From a virus (Duplodnaviria; Caudoviricetes), in the IMG/VR virus record IMGVR_UViG_3300042300_000672, positions 1 through 25,260 of that record: DNA of 25,260 nt; one strand, written 5' to 3'. Both the position numbers and the translations under genes were made by a program. The notes below the pieces were generated by a model. That model was given only the letters and a program-made list of their open reading frames with translations. It made no database searches and had not been told where the DNA came from. Positions within the stretch are counted from its first letter, which is position 1. Each line of letters starts with the position of its first letter. This document shows positions 1-7,515 of the stretch, piece by piece.

Positions 1-610
1 TGCTGATTAGCAAGTCGCGGAATGGTTTTGGTGTGTGAATGCGGGCCGTGCTGTCTGTGCCGCCTCCGCGTGCTCCCACCTCACCCAGGCGCTTTGCACG
101 CTTAAGCCCCATTCGTGCAACCACTGCCGGATCGTATTTGGCTTCTGTGTGCCCCCAACGCAGTTCTGGCAGTGAAACGCCAAACGCATAGAGCATCGAA
201 GGCTTGCGGGCGTAATGGCCGTATTGGCCTTGCTCTACGCAACACGTCCATCCACCTTCCATGTCGGCAGCAATCCACCCACCGGCCCGCGACGGCTTGT
301 TAAGGCCAAAATGCGGCCAAGCGTGGCTACCCCACGGGTGTTCTAGCACGCCACCCCACTTTCGCACGGAAGCAAGAGCCGAGGCAAAACATCCATCGTC
401 ATCCCCCTTCTTCTTTCGCATCCCTGTAAGCTTTACAGTGAGGGGCTGGCCAAACCACATCTTTCCCCAACGCTGGCATGGTGGATGGGCTACCACGGGG
501 AATGGTCCGGCGTATTTGCGGGCATCGCGTGGCAATGGCCAAGGATCTACATTTGTGACGCCATAATAAGCCCCATCTTCTTGGACAAATAGGGCCGCAA
601 TTGGATTCAT
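1..610 (-). CDS. Putative DNA cytosine-C5 methyltransferase-like protein (partial, runs off left edge; absent from ORF track)
   Basis: ATG at 610 overlaps the TGA of the 607-888 ORF (ATGA). The frame is open to base 1: MNPIAALFVQEDGAYYG...VVAHPPCQRWG...GGVLEHPWGS...VEQGQYGHYARKPSMLY. HPPC, LEHP, QxxYG and RK resemble C5-MTase motifs IV, VI, VII and VIII; the FxGxG motif I is not evident. Confidence 0.6.
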   Translation of the reverse strand, partial: MNPIAALFVQEDGAYYGVTNVDPWPLPRDARKYAGPFPVVAHPPCQRWGKMWFGQPLTVKLTGMRKKKGDDDGCFASALASVRKWGGVLEHPWGSHAWPHFGLNKPSRAGGWIAADMEGGWTCCVEQGQYGHYARKPSMLYAFGVSLPELRWGHTEAKYDPAVVARMGLKRAKRLGEVGARGGGTDSTARIHTPKPFRDLLIS

Positions 611-888
611 CGCGGCAGGATGTATCCCATCTCTCTAGCCCAACCAGAATTGTCATGGATGTAGGTGTGGGCACCCCGGCATACGGCCATCCATGTCGTT
701 TCATCCAACATATACTTTCCACGGCCCTTCATATGGTGGATGTCGGTGGCGGGAGATTGCACTCCCAATCCAGCGTAAACCTCGCACCACGGATGGGCCT
801 CAAGGAACATGGCGCGCTGCTTCATGTATTGCCGCAGCAACGCAGCTTGCTTGACACTCACCTTGCGAATTGGTGTGCGGCGTTTCAT
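607..888 (-). CDS. HNH-endonuclease-like small protein
   Basis: HPWCEV...ATDIHHMKGRG...WMAVCRGAHTYIH follows the phage HNH layout; the second Cys of each CxxC is replaced. Confidence 0.65.
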   Translation of the reverse strand: MKRRTPIRKVSVKQAALLRQYMKQRAMFLEAHPWCEVYAGLGVQSPATDIHHMKGRGKYMLDETTWMAVCRGAHTYIHDNSGWAREMGYILPR

Positions 889-891
889 GGT

Positions 892-1092
892 TTATTCCCC
901 GGTGTAAGCCATTTTTGGCTGCGTGTAGATGGCCCACCCATCCACGCCTTCGTGGCTGTCGATGGCCACACGATAGGGCACATTTCCCTTGCGGAGCTGT
1001 GCAATGGCCCCCGCCAGCAAATCGGCCTGCATGGAGGTGTAGGGATAGGTGAGGGGTTTCCACCCCGAGGAAATGAGTTCGTTAGCGGTCAT
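892..1092 (-). CDS. Hypothetical protein, 66 aa
   Basis: ATGA overlap with the helicase stop; fills the operon gap. Confidence 0.6.
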   Translation of the reverse strand: MTANELISSGWKPLTYPYTSMQADLLAGAIAQLRKGNVPYRVAIDSHEGVDGWAIYTQPKMAYTGE

Positions 1093-2423
1093 GATTGGAT
1101 TGATAGGAATCTGGTTGTTGGGCGATGGAATGACAAAGGTGCGCGGGCTTGCCCTTCTCCGCGACCTTTGGCCTGGATGGCTTCAATGTAAAGCGTAGAA
1201 AGCGAATCGTCGAAAGGATCTTGAATGGTGTTCAAGATTGGATTCTTTTCTGGTGCATGGAGGAATTGCACGCGGTCAGCGTCCTGTTCAAGATTGCCGG
1301 ATTCGCGCAAATCAGACAAGCGGGGAACCCTGTTCTCGCGTTCCACCCCACGCCCAATCTGGGCTAGGACGAGAACGGGTATGTTTAGATCAATGGCAAT
1401 GTCCTTGAATGCCATACTCATTCTTCCAAGCGCCGTGTCCCTGTTCTCACCCTTATCTTGTTGCGGGTCGTAGCGTTGGAGATAGTCAATAATGATGGCC
1501 TTGATTGGCTTCATCTGCTGATATGCTTTGGCGCGGGCCGCCACCTGTGCCAGCGTCCTATCCCTATCGAAAATGTGCAGGCGCTTCATTCCCTTCACCT
1601 CTTGAAGCGCAGCCATGAAGTCCTTCTCCTTGTCGCGGGTGAGCCTCTTGTTCCTAAATTCCTTCCATGACGCCCCGCTGATTTGTTGCGCGAATAGGTG
1701 GGGAAGTTGACCCAGTGGCATCTCACGGGAGAACAGGAGGACATCCCCGGTCTTCTGCCATGCCATCGCACACTGACGGGCGGCTGAACTTTTCCCCATG
1801 CCGGGGCGTGCTGCCAGGATAATCATCTCCCCGCCACGAGCAGGCCCAAAACGATGATTCCAGTCGTGCCACGGCCATTCTAGGCCAACATCCTCTTCGG
1901 TGCGGGTGCCGGCCAAACAGCGTTCTGCAAACGCTATGGCTTCGTCTGTGGCTTCTGGCAGCGTTTTATTGTTCTGCGTTGCGTGACGGATAGACAGAAT
2001 GGCGTGCGTAGATGCGACGTACTCCTCAACGCCAGCCTCCCCCGCCTTGGCCATAGCAATCGTGGCTTGTGCGTTCTCAATGAGGCAGCGGCGAACGTAG
2101 GTTTCCCGCACCTGTTCCAAGAAGTAGCCAAATTGGGCGCTGGTGGGGACATCTGCGGTTGCCCGTGTAATTCCCGCCAACCCTCCAATTTCTTCGAGTT
2201 TGCCCACTCGGGAAAGTTCCTCCGTGAGGATGGCGGCGTCTATGGGTAGGTTCTTGCTATGTATCCAAAGGATTGCCCGCCAGAGCTTCGCATTGCTGGG
2301 ATCATGGAACGATTGTTCCGATATCTTGGCATCAAGTGCCTTCGATAACGCGGCTGCTCCGTCAAGGAGGATGCACGCCAGCAAGCCGCGTTCGGCTTCC
2401 GAGTTGTGGGGCATATCAGACAT
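1089..2423 (-). CDS. dnaB: DnaB-like replicative helicase (444 aa; true start 2423, not 2783)
   Basis: N-terminal PHNSEAERGLLACILLD, Walker A AARPGMGKS, Walker B IIIDYLQ and LSDLRESGNLEQDAD. ATG at 2423 overlaps the upstream TAA (TAATG). Confidence 0.95.
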   Translation of the reverse strand: MSDMPHNSEAERGLLACILLDGAAALSKALDAKISEQSFHDPSNAKLWRAILWIHSKNLPIDAAILTEELSRVGKLEEIGGLAGITRATADVPTSAQFGYFLEQVRETYVRRCLIENAQATIAMAKAGEAGVEEYVASTHAILSIRHATQNNKTLPEATDEAIAFAERCLAGTRTEEDVGLEWPWHDWNHRFGPARGGEMIILAARPGMGKSSAARQCAMAWQKTGDVLLFSREMPLGQLPHLFAQQISGASWKEFRNKRLTRDKEKDFMAALQEVKGMKRLHIFDRDRTLAQVAARAKAYQQMKPIKAIIIDYLQRYDPQQDKGENRDTALGRMSMAFKDIAIDLNIPVLVLAQIGRGVERENRVPRLSDLRESGNLEQDADRVQFLHAPEKNPILNTIQDPFDDSLSTLYIEAIQAKGRGEGQARAPLSFHRPTTRFLSIQS

Positions 2424-3256
2424 TAGCGGCGGGGGTCGTATTTGTTCTTGTGCCGCCAAAGAGTCAGGCAGGCTTGGAACGCCTTCCATTCTTCCCGTAG
2501 TTGCGCTGCGTCGTAAGTGGAAAGCTCCACGCGCCCCGGCTCCGTGGTGCTGATGTAGAGGTTGTAACCAACGGCTTTGTCCCCGATAGGGCAGTCGGAG
2601 TCCGCCCCCCAGTAGGCAGCGACGTAGGCGGCAATCTGCATTCCGTATGCCTGGCGGGGCGCCACGGGTTCCCCCGGCGTAGTCTTGGCGCTCTTGAAGT
2701 CCATGATGCCGTAGTAGTCGGCGGTGGCCCACGGCAGGTCCGTGGTGCCAGCGTAGCCATGTCTTGCGTTCACAACTACGCATTCGTGCCCGCGGGGCTG
2801 CAAGCCAAGATCGGCAATGAGCTTTACGACGGGGGCAATGACGACGGTGGCCGGCACCCGCTCCCCGGTGGATGGGAATGTGAGCGTGTGGGCGGGATCA
2901 ACGGCCTTGCCGTTCCCCCACGCTTCAAGGAGAGCGTGAATCTCGGTGCCAAGGTCTGCCGCGTCCCGTGTCTGCTCCCCGGCCTTGTCGAGCAGGTAGC
3001 GAACGTATTCGTCCTTTGATTCGTCGCCAATGGGTGGACGGGCAAATGCCTCTTCAGCCACGCGCTTCTGTTTGTAGCGGTCAAGGATGGGGTTGGCCAT
3101 CATGCCGGTGATGCCTGAGACGGAAGGCAGGAGGGACATCTTCCGCGCATCCGTAATAGTGGTGGAGCGGGTGGGTGACTTCGCACCCTTCTTCGTGGGC
3201 TGCGTGTGGCAGGGCTTGCCGTCCTTGTCGTACCAGTGGCCGGATTCGGTGCTCAT
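2423..3256 (-). CDS. PD-(D/E)XK nuclease superfamily protein (phage exonuclease-like)
   Basis: HWY...LLPSVSGI, GTEIH, E-x(8)-GYAGTTDL, IMDFKS and QIAAY motifs. Confidence 0.85.
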   Translation of the reverse strand: MSTESGHWYDKDGKPCHTQPTKKGAKSPTRSTTITDARKMSLLPSVSGITGMMANPILDRYKQKRVAEEAFARPPIGDESKDEYVRYLLDKAGEQTRDAADLGTEIHALLEAWGNGKAVDPAHTLTFPSTGERVPATVVIAPVVKLIADLGLQPRGHECVVVNARHGYAGTTDLPWATADYYGIMDFKSAKTTPGEPVAPRQAYGMQIAAYVAAYWGADSDCPIGDKAVGYNLYISTTEPGRVELSTYDAAQLREEWKAFQACLTLWRHKNKYDPRR

Positions 3257-3306
3257 CGTTTTAAGATTTTAACCAAAATTGAAATGACTACAATGATTGT
3301 GTTCAT
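3253..3306 (-). CDS. 17-aa hydrophobic micro-ORF MNTIIVVISILVKILKR
   Basis: Exactly fills the gap, with ATGA overlaps to both neighbours. Confidence 0.45.
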   Translation of the reverse strand: MNTIIVVISILVKILKR

Positions 3307-3578
3307 TTTCCAGCCTCCAACGCATCGGCCTGCTTGAGCAGATCGTCCGCCTTCTCTCGCAACGTCTTAATGCGCTCTGCGGCTTTTGCCTCTAGGTTTT
3401 CCTTCACCGCGTTTACAGCTTCTTCTGGCGTGTCGCCAAACTCGCAACCGTAGTCGCTCATGGCGTGGAAGGGCTTTGAGTAGCTTGGCATACAGCCAAT
3501 GCGAAGGCCATATTGCGTTTCCTTGGCAGCGATCCAAGCGATTATCTGTGCGGAGGTGATGTTTTCGAGTGTGTTCAT
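3303..3578 (-). CDS. Hypothetical protein with C-terminal coiled coil (alternative GTG start at 3668)
   Basis: MNTLENITSAQ...FGDTPEEAVNAVK...KTLREKADDLLKQADALE. An A/C-rich leader precedes ATG 3578; the in-frame GTG at 3668 overlaps the upstream TGA. Confidence 0.65.
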   Translation of the reverse strand: MNTLENITSAQIIAWIAAKETQYGLRIGCMPSYSKPFHAMSDYGCEFGDTPEEAVNAVKENLEAKAAERIKTLREKADDLLKQADALEAGK

Positions 3579-3664
3579 TTGCAGTTGTTGGGACAAATTC
3601 GATTTCCATTTCCCGGCACGAAAGGAGGCAAAGAATCGCCCCCAATCGTCCGAGGTGATGGTGT

Positions 3665-4276
3665 TCACGGGGCTAGGTCGCCCGATTGGAGGCGTTGGGC
3701 GGTGCGAATCAGGGCCGATGCTCTGGCATAGATGTAGGCATCCAGGTCGTCCGTGTTGACGGCATTTGCCGCCGCGAGCCGAACAGCGCAATTTACGGCC
3801 ATTCCAACCGTTACACCCTCAATCCCCTTGCCGGGGGCCGCAGAATGGCCAGAATGGGCAGGAATCGACGTTTGCGGGGCTGCTGGCGGGGTGCTCCCGG
3901 CCATATGCGCGGGGTTGGGCGTGCTTCCTCCAATGAATCCGCCCGTTTTGTGTCCTACTTTAAGCTCTAGGCGGGGCGTGCCGTCCTTGCCCTTGCCCTC
4001 GACAAGCTCCACCCCTTGGGTTTTGCCGGTCTTGTGATTTTTGCCCGTAGAGGCTACCGCTACAGCTTGGCCCTTGATGTGGGAGAGGTCGTCGAATCCC
4101 CAGCATGACGCTTGAATTTCGTCGCCCGTTTCGTCGGCTAAAACTACGCCCTGAACGCTCCAAGGCCCGTATTGGCCCTCGCCCGTCTTGCGTTGGAAAA
4201 CAACCTTGGCCGTAGCCGACAGGTTGGGGATGATGGTGCCGATTGGCCAGCCTTTGATTTCTTTGATCGTGCTCAT
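3665..4276 (-). CDS. Putative OB-fold single-stranded DNA-binding protein
   Basis: KVVFQRKTGEGQYGPWSVQGVVLADETGDEIQASCWG resembles an RPA-type OB fold (L.DETG.I...W), followed by a Pro/Ala linker; lies next to the nuclease and helicase. Confidence 0.55.
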   Translation of the reverse strand: MSTIKEIKGWPIGTIIPNLSATAKVVFQRKTGEGQYGPWSVQGVVLADETGDEIQASCWGFDDLSHIKGQAVAVASTGKNHKTGKTQGVELVEGKGKDGTPRLELKVGHKTGGFIGGSTPNPAHMAGSTPPAAPQTSIPAHSGHSAAPGKGIEGVTVGMAVNCAVRLAAANAVNTDDLDAYIYARASALIRTAQRLQSGDLAP

Positions 4277-4290
4277 GTTTTTAGTGCTGA

Positions 4291-4830
4291 TTAAGAGTGG
4301 GACAAATACCCAATGTCGTCGAGCTCTTTCGGAAGGATTCCCGCCTTTATTCTGGAAGCTGTTGCCACGAAAGCGGCTGCGTTAAAAAGGACCGCGCCGA
4401 GGTGATCCTCTGTGAAATCGTAGCTCACCTGCATTGCGTGCCGGCGCAGGCTTGAAAGGTAGCGTGAAAGCGGCATCCCCTTTTCCCAATTGCGGTCGCC
4501 ATAGGTGAGGCTTCCCAGCTCAAGCCTTTTGGCAAGGGCAAGCATGGCCTCGTATGGGATAAGGTCAAAGCGCCCCCGGCCTTCTTGTTGCGTGCGCTGC
4601 GCCCCGGTGGGAAACGTGGCCATATCTGGCAAAAGCCGACGATAGAACGAGGGATCAGATCCCTCCACCATTGCCCCACAGAGCGGATAGTTGGAGTCAA
4701 TTTCGAGCCAAATCCCCACTTCAAGGTCGTCTTGTCTATACATCCCGGCCTCAATGCGTTCTCCTATTCCCAATTCGCGGGAGTTGTCGTCGTTTAAGTC
4801 TAAATCTCCGTCGTTTAGGTTTGTATTCAT
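4291..4830 (-). CDS. dATP/dGTP diphosphohydrolase domain protein (DUF5664-like)
   Basis: FPTGAQR...GRFDLIP...GSLTYGDRNWEKG...SSLRRH...EDHLGAVLFNA is the DUF5664 signature; acidic N-terminal extension. Confidence 0.8.
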   Translation of the reverse strand: MNTNLNDGDLDLNDDNSRELGIGERIEAGMYRQDDLEVGIWLEIDSNYPLCGAMVEGSDPSFYRRLLPDMATFPTGAQRTQQEGRGRFDLIPYEAMLALAKRLELGSLTYGDRNWEKGMPLSRYLSSLRRHAMQVSYDFTEDHLGAVLFNAAAFVATASRIKAGILPKELDDIGYLSHS

Positions 4831-5114
4831 TCGTTTGCGTGTTTTGGGATGTTTTTGGCTACTCGATGGTGTCTTGTGAGGACACTTAAAACGGTGTTGT
4901 AATGGACTCCGGTCTTTTCAGCCGTGGCCGTGCGCGACAAACCCGCGCCAAAGTGAAGGTCGAAGATTTCTAGGCATTTTTCTATGCCAATCGTTCGCCC
5001 TTTTCTAACGCATTTCCTAGAAGGAATATCGGGCATTTTCAACAAATAGCGATATTTATTCAAAAGGAACGTCGCTGTTTTGACGGCGCTGGTGGCGTAG
5101 TTTTCGCAAATCAT
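4827..5114 (-). CDS. Helix-turn-helix DNA-binding protein
   Basis: GLSRTATAEKTGVHYNTVLSVL fits an HTH pattern; ATGA overlaps on both sides. Confidence 0.65.
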   Translation of the reverse strand: MICENYATSAVKTATFLLNKYRYLLKMPDIPSRKCVRKGRTIGIEKCLEIFDLHFGAGLSRTATAEKTGVHYNTVLSVLTRHHRVAKNIPKHANE

Positions 5115-5314
5115 TGTTTTTTCCCTTCAGTTGGAAGCTTGAAGTCTGGATGAGAAGAAGCAAAACGAAGCGCGGCGGTGATGGATCTACCAGCCGGCAC
5201 GCCGTAGTTGGTGCGCCAGGCGGAAATGATGACGTTAATGTCCGGCGACACCCACGGGCGTCCGCTTAGACGGGCCATGCCAACGCCGTTATCGAGTTTT
5301 GGGCCGGTTTTCAT
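5111..5314 (-). CDS. Hypothetical protein, 67 aa (possibly ribbon-helix-helix-like)
   Basis: ATGA-coupled on both sides. Confidence 0.55.
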   Translation of the reverse strand: MKTGPKLDNGVGMARLSGRPWVSPDINVIISAWRTNYGVPAGRSITAALRFASSHPDFKLPTEGKKQ

Positions 5315-5577
5315 GCGCGGGCCTCGTGGCTGTCGTCGTCAATGTCGTTAAAAAGTGGCACCGTTGACAGGACGCATCCACCGTTGGCAAGATGGAGCGT
5401 GGAAAAAGACCTATTCGGAGCACCCATATCCCCACCAGAACAGCCGGCGCGGCCCATTGCGGCCAAATTAACGCCTTCCGCTCCACCCCCGGCCCCAGAC
5501 ACGCAATTCGTGCCATTGACGCCATTTTCTGTCGTGCGGGAGGCCAATTTGACCACAGTTTGGAATGTTTGATTCAT
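5311..5577 (-). CDS. Hypothetical protein, 88 aa, Gly-rich
   Basis: ATGA-coupled on both sides. Confidence 0.5.
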   Translation of the reverse strand: MNQTFQTVVKLASRTTENGVNGTNCVSGAGGGAEGVNLAAMGRAGCSGGDMGAPNRSFSTLHLANGGCVLSTVPLFNDIDDDSHEARA

Positions 5578-5663
5578 TTGCGGAAAAGTTCAACGAAACG
5601 CGCAAGCCCGATGAGGAAAATTCCGAATCCGGCCATCATTAGCGCGAGGGTGATGCTTGCCAT
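5574..5663 (-). CDS. Small single-pass membrane protein MASITLALMMAGFGIFLIGLARFVELFRK (alternative in-frame ATG at 5693)
   Basis: Below the ORF-track cutoff; hydrophobic helix with a basic tail; its TGA overlaps the next ATG. Confidence 0.55.
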   Translation of the reverse strand: MASITLALMMAGFGIFLIGLARFVELFRK

Positions 5664-5799
5664 TCCTCGGTTATGGTTCCCGGCATTTAACATTCAAGCT
5701 AAATACCAATCTTTTCTGTATTCTTTAGACTTGACTTCCGTTTTTCACGCTTAGTTTACCTATGAGAACCACTAAAGATTTCACACTCTGATGCCTGCT

Positions 5800-6120
5800 G
5801 TTCTGCCGTGGTCTGGACACACTTCACCCCTTGAAGGAGTGAAGAGAGATTTACCTCTGCGTGCCTTGTGACACCATGGTATCTTGTCTCTAGAGCCTCG
5901 TGCCAGACGGCCAATTCCCACGAGTTGCTGCCGCTCTACGTTCACCGGGATCGCTCCCGCCTATTCTCTGCCGGTTGGGTCTAAACTCTAATTCTTCAAG
6001 ACCGGCACTGGACCAGAGGCTTATTTGTATTCGCCGCTGGCTTGTTCCGCTCCATGAATGCGTCAGACGCAGCATCATGGCCGGATTCGCAGTTGGTCAC
6101 TATTGCATCGGACTGCGGGC
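5800..6120 (-). ncRNA. Candidate structured non-coding RNA
   Basis: At least seven hairpins in ~320 nt with no credible ORF; a GCGA tetraloop and G-U pairs form only on the minus strand. Confidence 0.4.
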
Positions 6121-6133
6121 CGAAGCGGGGAGG

Positions 6134-6316
6134 TTATTTTGTGCGTAGTTTGGAAACGCGCTCCTTCCACGCGGCTTTGCCCAGCTTAGTTCCGAAGCCA
6201 TAGCGGGCGATGTCGTTTTGAAAGCTATCCCGTGCCCTGCGCCATTCGCGCACGTTCGCCCGTTCCTCTTTTGAGGAGGCCGATGTCACTTCCCAAACTC
6301 GCGGCACTTGTGTCAT
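6134..6316 (-). CDS. Basic hypothetical protein, 60 aa
   Basis: ATG lies just downstream of a promoter/terminator leader; K/R-rich. Confidence 0.55.
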   Translation of the reverse strand: MTQVPRVWEVTSASSKEERANVREWRRARDSFQNDIARYGFGTKLGKAAWKERVSKLRTK

Positions 6317-6322
6317 GTAAAT

Positions 6323-6356
6323 AAAAAGCCCGGAGAGTGTGCGCTCTTCCGGGCTT
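6323..6356 (-). terminator. Intrinsic terminator in a 5' leader (attenuator-like)
   Basis: Minus strand AAGCCCGGA-agagcgcacactc-TCCGGGCTT followed by TTT, ending 6 nt before ATG 6316. Confidence 0.7.
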
Positions 6357-6408
6357 CCTTACAACTGACAAAGTCCATTCGGGCGCACACCCTCAACTGA
6401 CAAGCAAT

Positions 6409-6439
6409 ACTCTATCACGGGTGCTTTTCGTTTTGTCAA
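6409..6439 (-). promoter_or_regulatory. Sigma70-like promoter
   Basis: TTGACA (6439-6434) and TGn-TAGAGT (6414-6409); the 19 bp spacer is long. Confidence 0.45.
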
Positions 6440-6575
6440 TACTCACAATGATCCAGAGAGGCGGCCCCCCGCTTTTATGCGATTACGGGGACAGGCGTAT
6501 ATTTGACCACAGTGAAACCCGCGCCGCATTACCTGTTCGCCTCTCTGGAGCACAGAGACTATCTGATGCACACGA

Positions 6576-6608
6576 GAAAGGGGAGCGGTTGAAGCCCGCC
6601 CCCCTTTC
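6576..6608. terminator. GC-rich hairpin, possible terminator or part of a structured RNA
   Basis: GAAAGGGGaGCGG-ttgaagc-CCGCcCCCCTTTC, with outer TGCAC/GTGCA pairing. Confidence 0.45.
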
Positions 6609-6730
6609 GGTGCAATGAACGAAACCCAACCCAACTTTTCAGAGGTTGACCGCCATGGGACGCTTGTCAAGTGCCTTGGCTTGGGGAGCATAAGGCCGTT
6701 TCCGTGCGTTTTAAGGGCATTCGGCACCCT

Positions 6731-6892
6731 TTAGGTGCTACGGGCGCGCCTTGCCAGTCGAGCGGCAATTTCAATATCAATCCACCGTTTGACGGTTGCC
6801 AAGTTTGCCGCAAGCTCAAACCAATTGTTGACCCTGTAGGCGGAAAGCCCTTGGTAGGTTGTCCGCGTGACGGTTATGCCTTTGTACTTCAC
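6731..6892 (-). CDS. Hypothetical protein, 53 aa (MKYKGITVTRTTYQG...ATVKRWID)
   Basis: GTG start overlaps the upstream TGA (GTGA); below the ORF-track cutoff; resembles small phage early proteins. Confidence 0.6.
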   Translation of the reverse strand: MKYKGITVTRTTYQGLSAYRVNNWFELAANLATVKRWIDIEIAARLARRARST

Positions 6893-7200
6893 GATTGCAC
6901 CCCCTTGGCGCGGGTGATGGCGGCGAACGCGTTTTCGAGGGCGTTTGCGACAAATTGGCCATTGTTTCCCTCGCCGCTTAAAAAGTGGGAACTTTCAAAC
7001 GACAAAGCCTCAAGCGCGGCAAGCAAATCGGCGTGCGCTGCCTCGGCGCTGGCAAGCATGGCCACGCACAAAGCAAGTTCGGCCTTGTTAACATCTTTTC
7101 CTATGCTATCGCCGAAGGCGGAAATCAGGGACAGTTTGCCCCTTGTATAGCTGAGTTTCTTGGCTGTGGACCATTCTTTGGCGTGTTCTGTGGTTTTCAT
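6889..7200 (-). CDS. Phage early hypothetical protein, 103 aa
   Basis: C-terminal ADLLAALEAL...AFAAITRAKG motif common in small phage early proteins. Confidence 0.7.
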   Translation of the reverse strand: MKTTEHAKEWSTAKKLSYTRGKLSLISAFGDSIGKDVNKAELALCVAMLASAEAAHADLLAALEALSFESSHFLSGEGNNGQFVANALENAFAAITRAKGVQS

Positions 7201-7323
7201 GTTTTGGTGGGCGTTTGTGTCAATTCCTGGGCGTTTTGTGTCGTCATGGGTGTGTGCGTGTGTGTTGCTATTGCCCGCGCATCAAATGCCCGCAAAAGGG
7301 CAAGGAACGGCGGGAAAAGAGTG

Positions 7324-7449
7324 TTATCCCGTCAGCGCCCAGAGAAGCGCCGTCATTGCTGCGCAAATGAGCGCCCAAAGGAAAAAATCAAGCGGGCGGA
7401 GTTTGGGGCAATCGTGGCAAGACGTGGGCCGGCAAGCGTTTGTTTTCAT
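7324..7449 (-). CDS. Small membrane protein, 41 aa (MKTNACRPTSCHDCPKLRPLDFFLWALICAAMTALLWALTG)
   Basis: ATG follows the conserved intergenic hairpin; Cys-rich N-terminus and a C-terminal TM helix. Confidence 0.5.
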   Translation of the reverse strand: MKTNACRPTSCHDCPKLRPLDFFLWALICAAMTALLWALTG

Positions 7450-7459
7450 GAGTTTTCAG

Positions 7460-7498
7460 CCAAAAACCCCGCCCCATTTACGGAGCAGGGCGAAGGGC
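7460..7498 (-). repeat. Conserved intergenic hairpin element, copy 1
   Basis: CCAAAAACCCCGCC...GCAGGGCGAAGGGC (plus strand); the same flanks occur at 8093-8136. Confidence 0.75.
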
Positions 7499-7515
7499 TT
7501 TGGCTTGGCTTGGCT

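Noticed and set aside
2424-2783. N-terminal extension of the listed 564-aa helicase ORF
   Set aside because: It overlaps the nuclease gene in another frame; DnaB similarity starts at ATG 2423.
5731-5790. Plus-strand promoter TTGACT...TAGTTT with 9-aa ORF MRTTKDFTL
   Set aside because: The 15-bp spacer is poor and there is no further support.
6560-6630. Hammerhead, twister or pistol ribozyme resemblance (CTGATG...GAAAC; GCGGTTGAAGCCCGC; GGTGCAA)
   Set aside because: The core reads CUGAUGC rather than CUGANGA, and the required flanking stems and pseudoknots could not be built.
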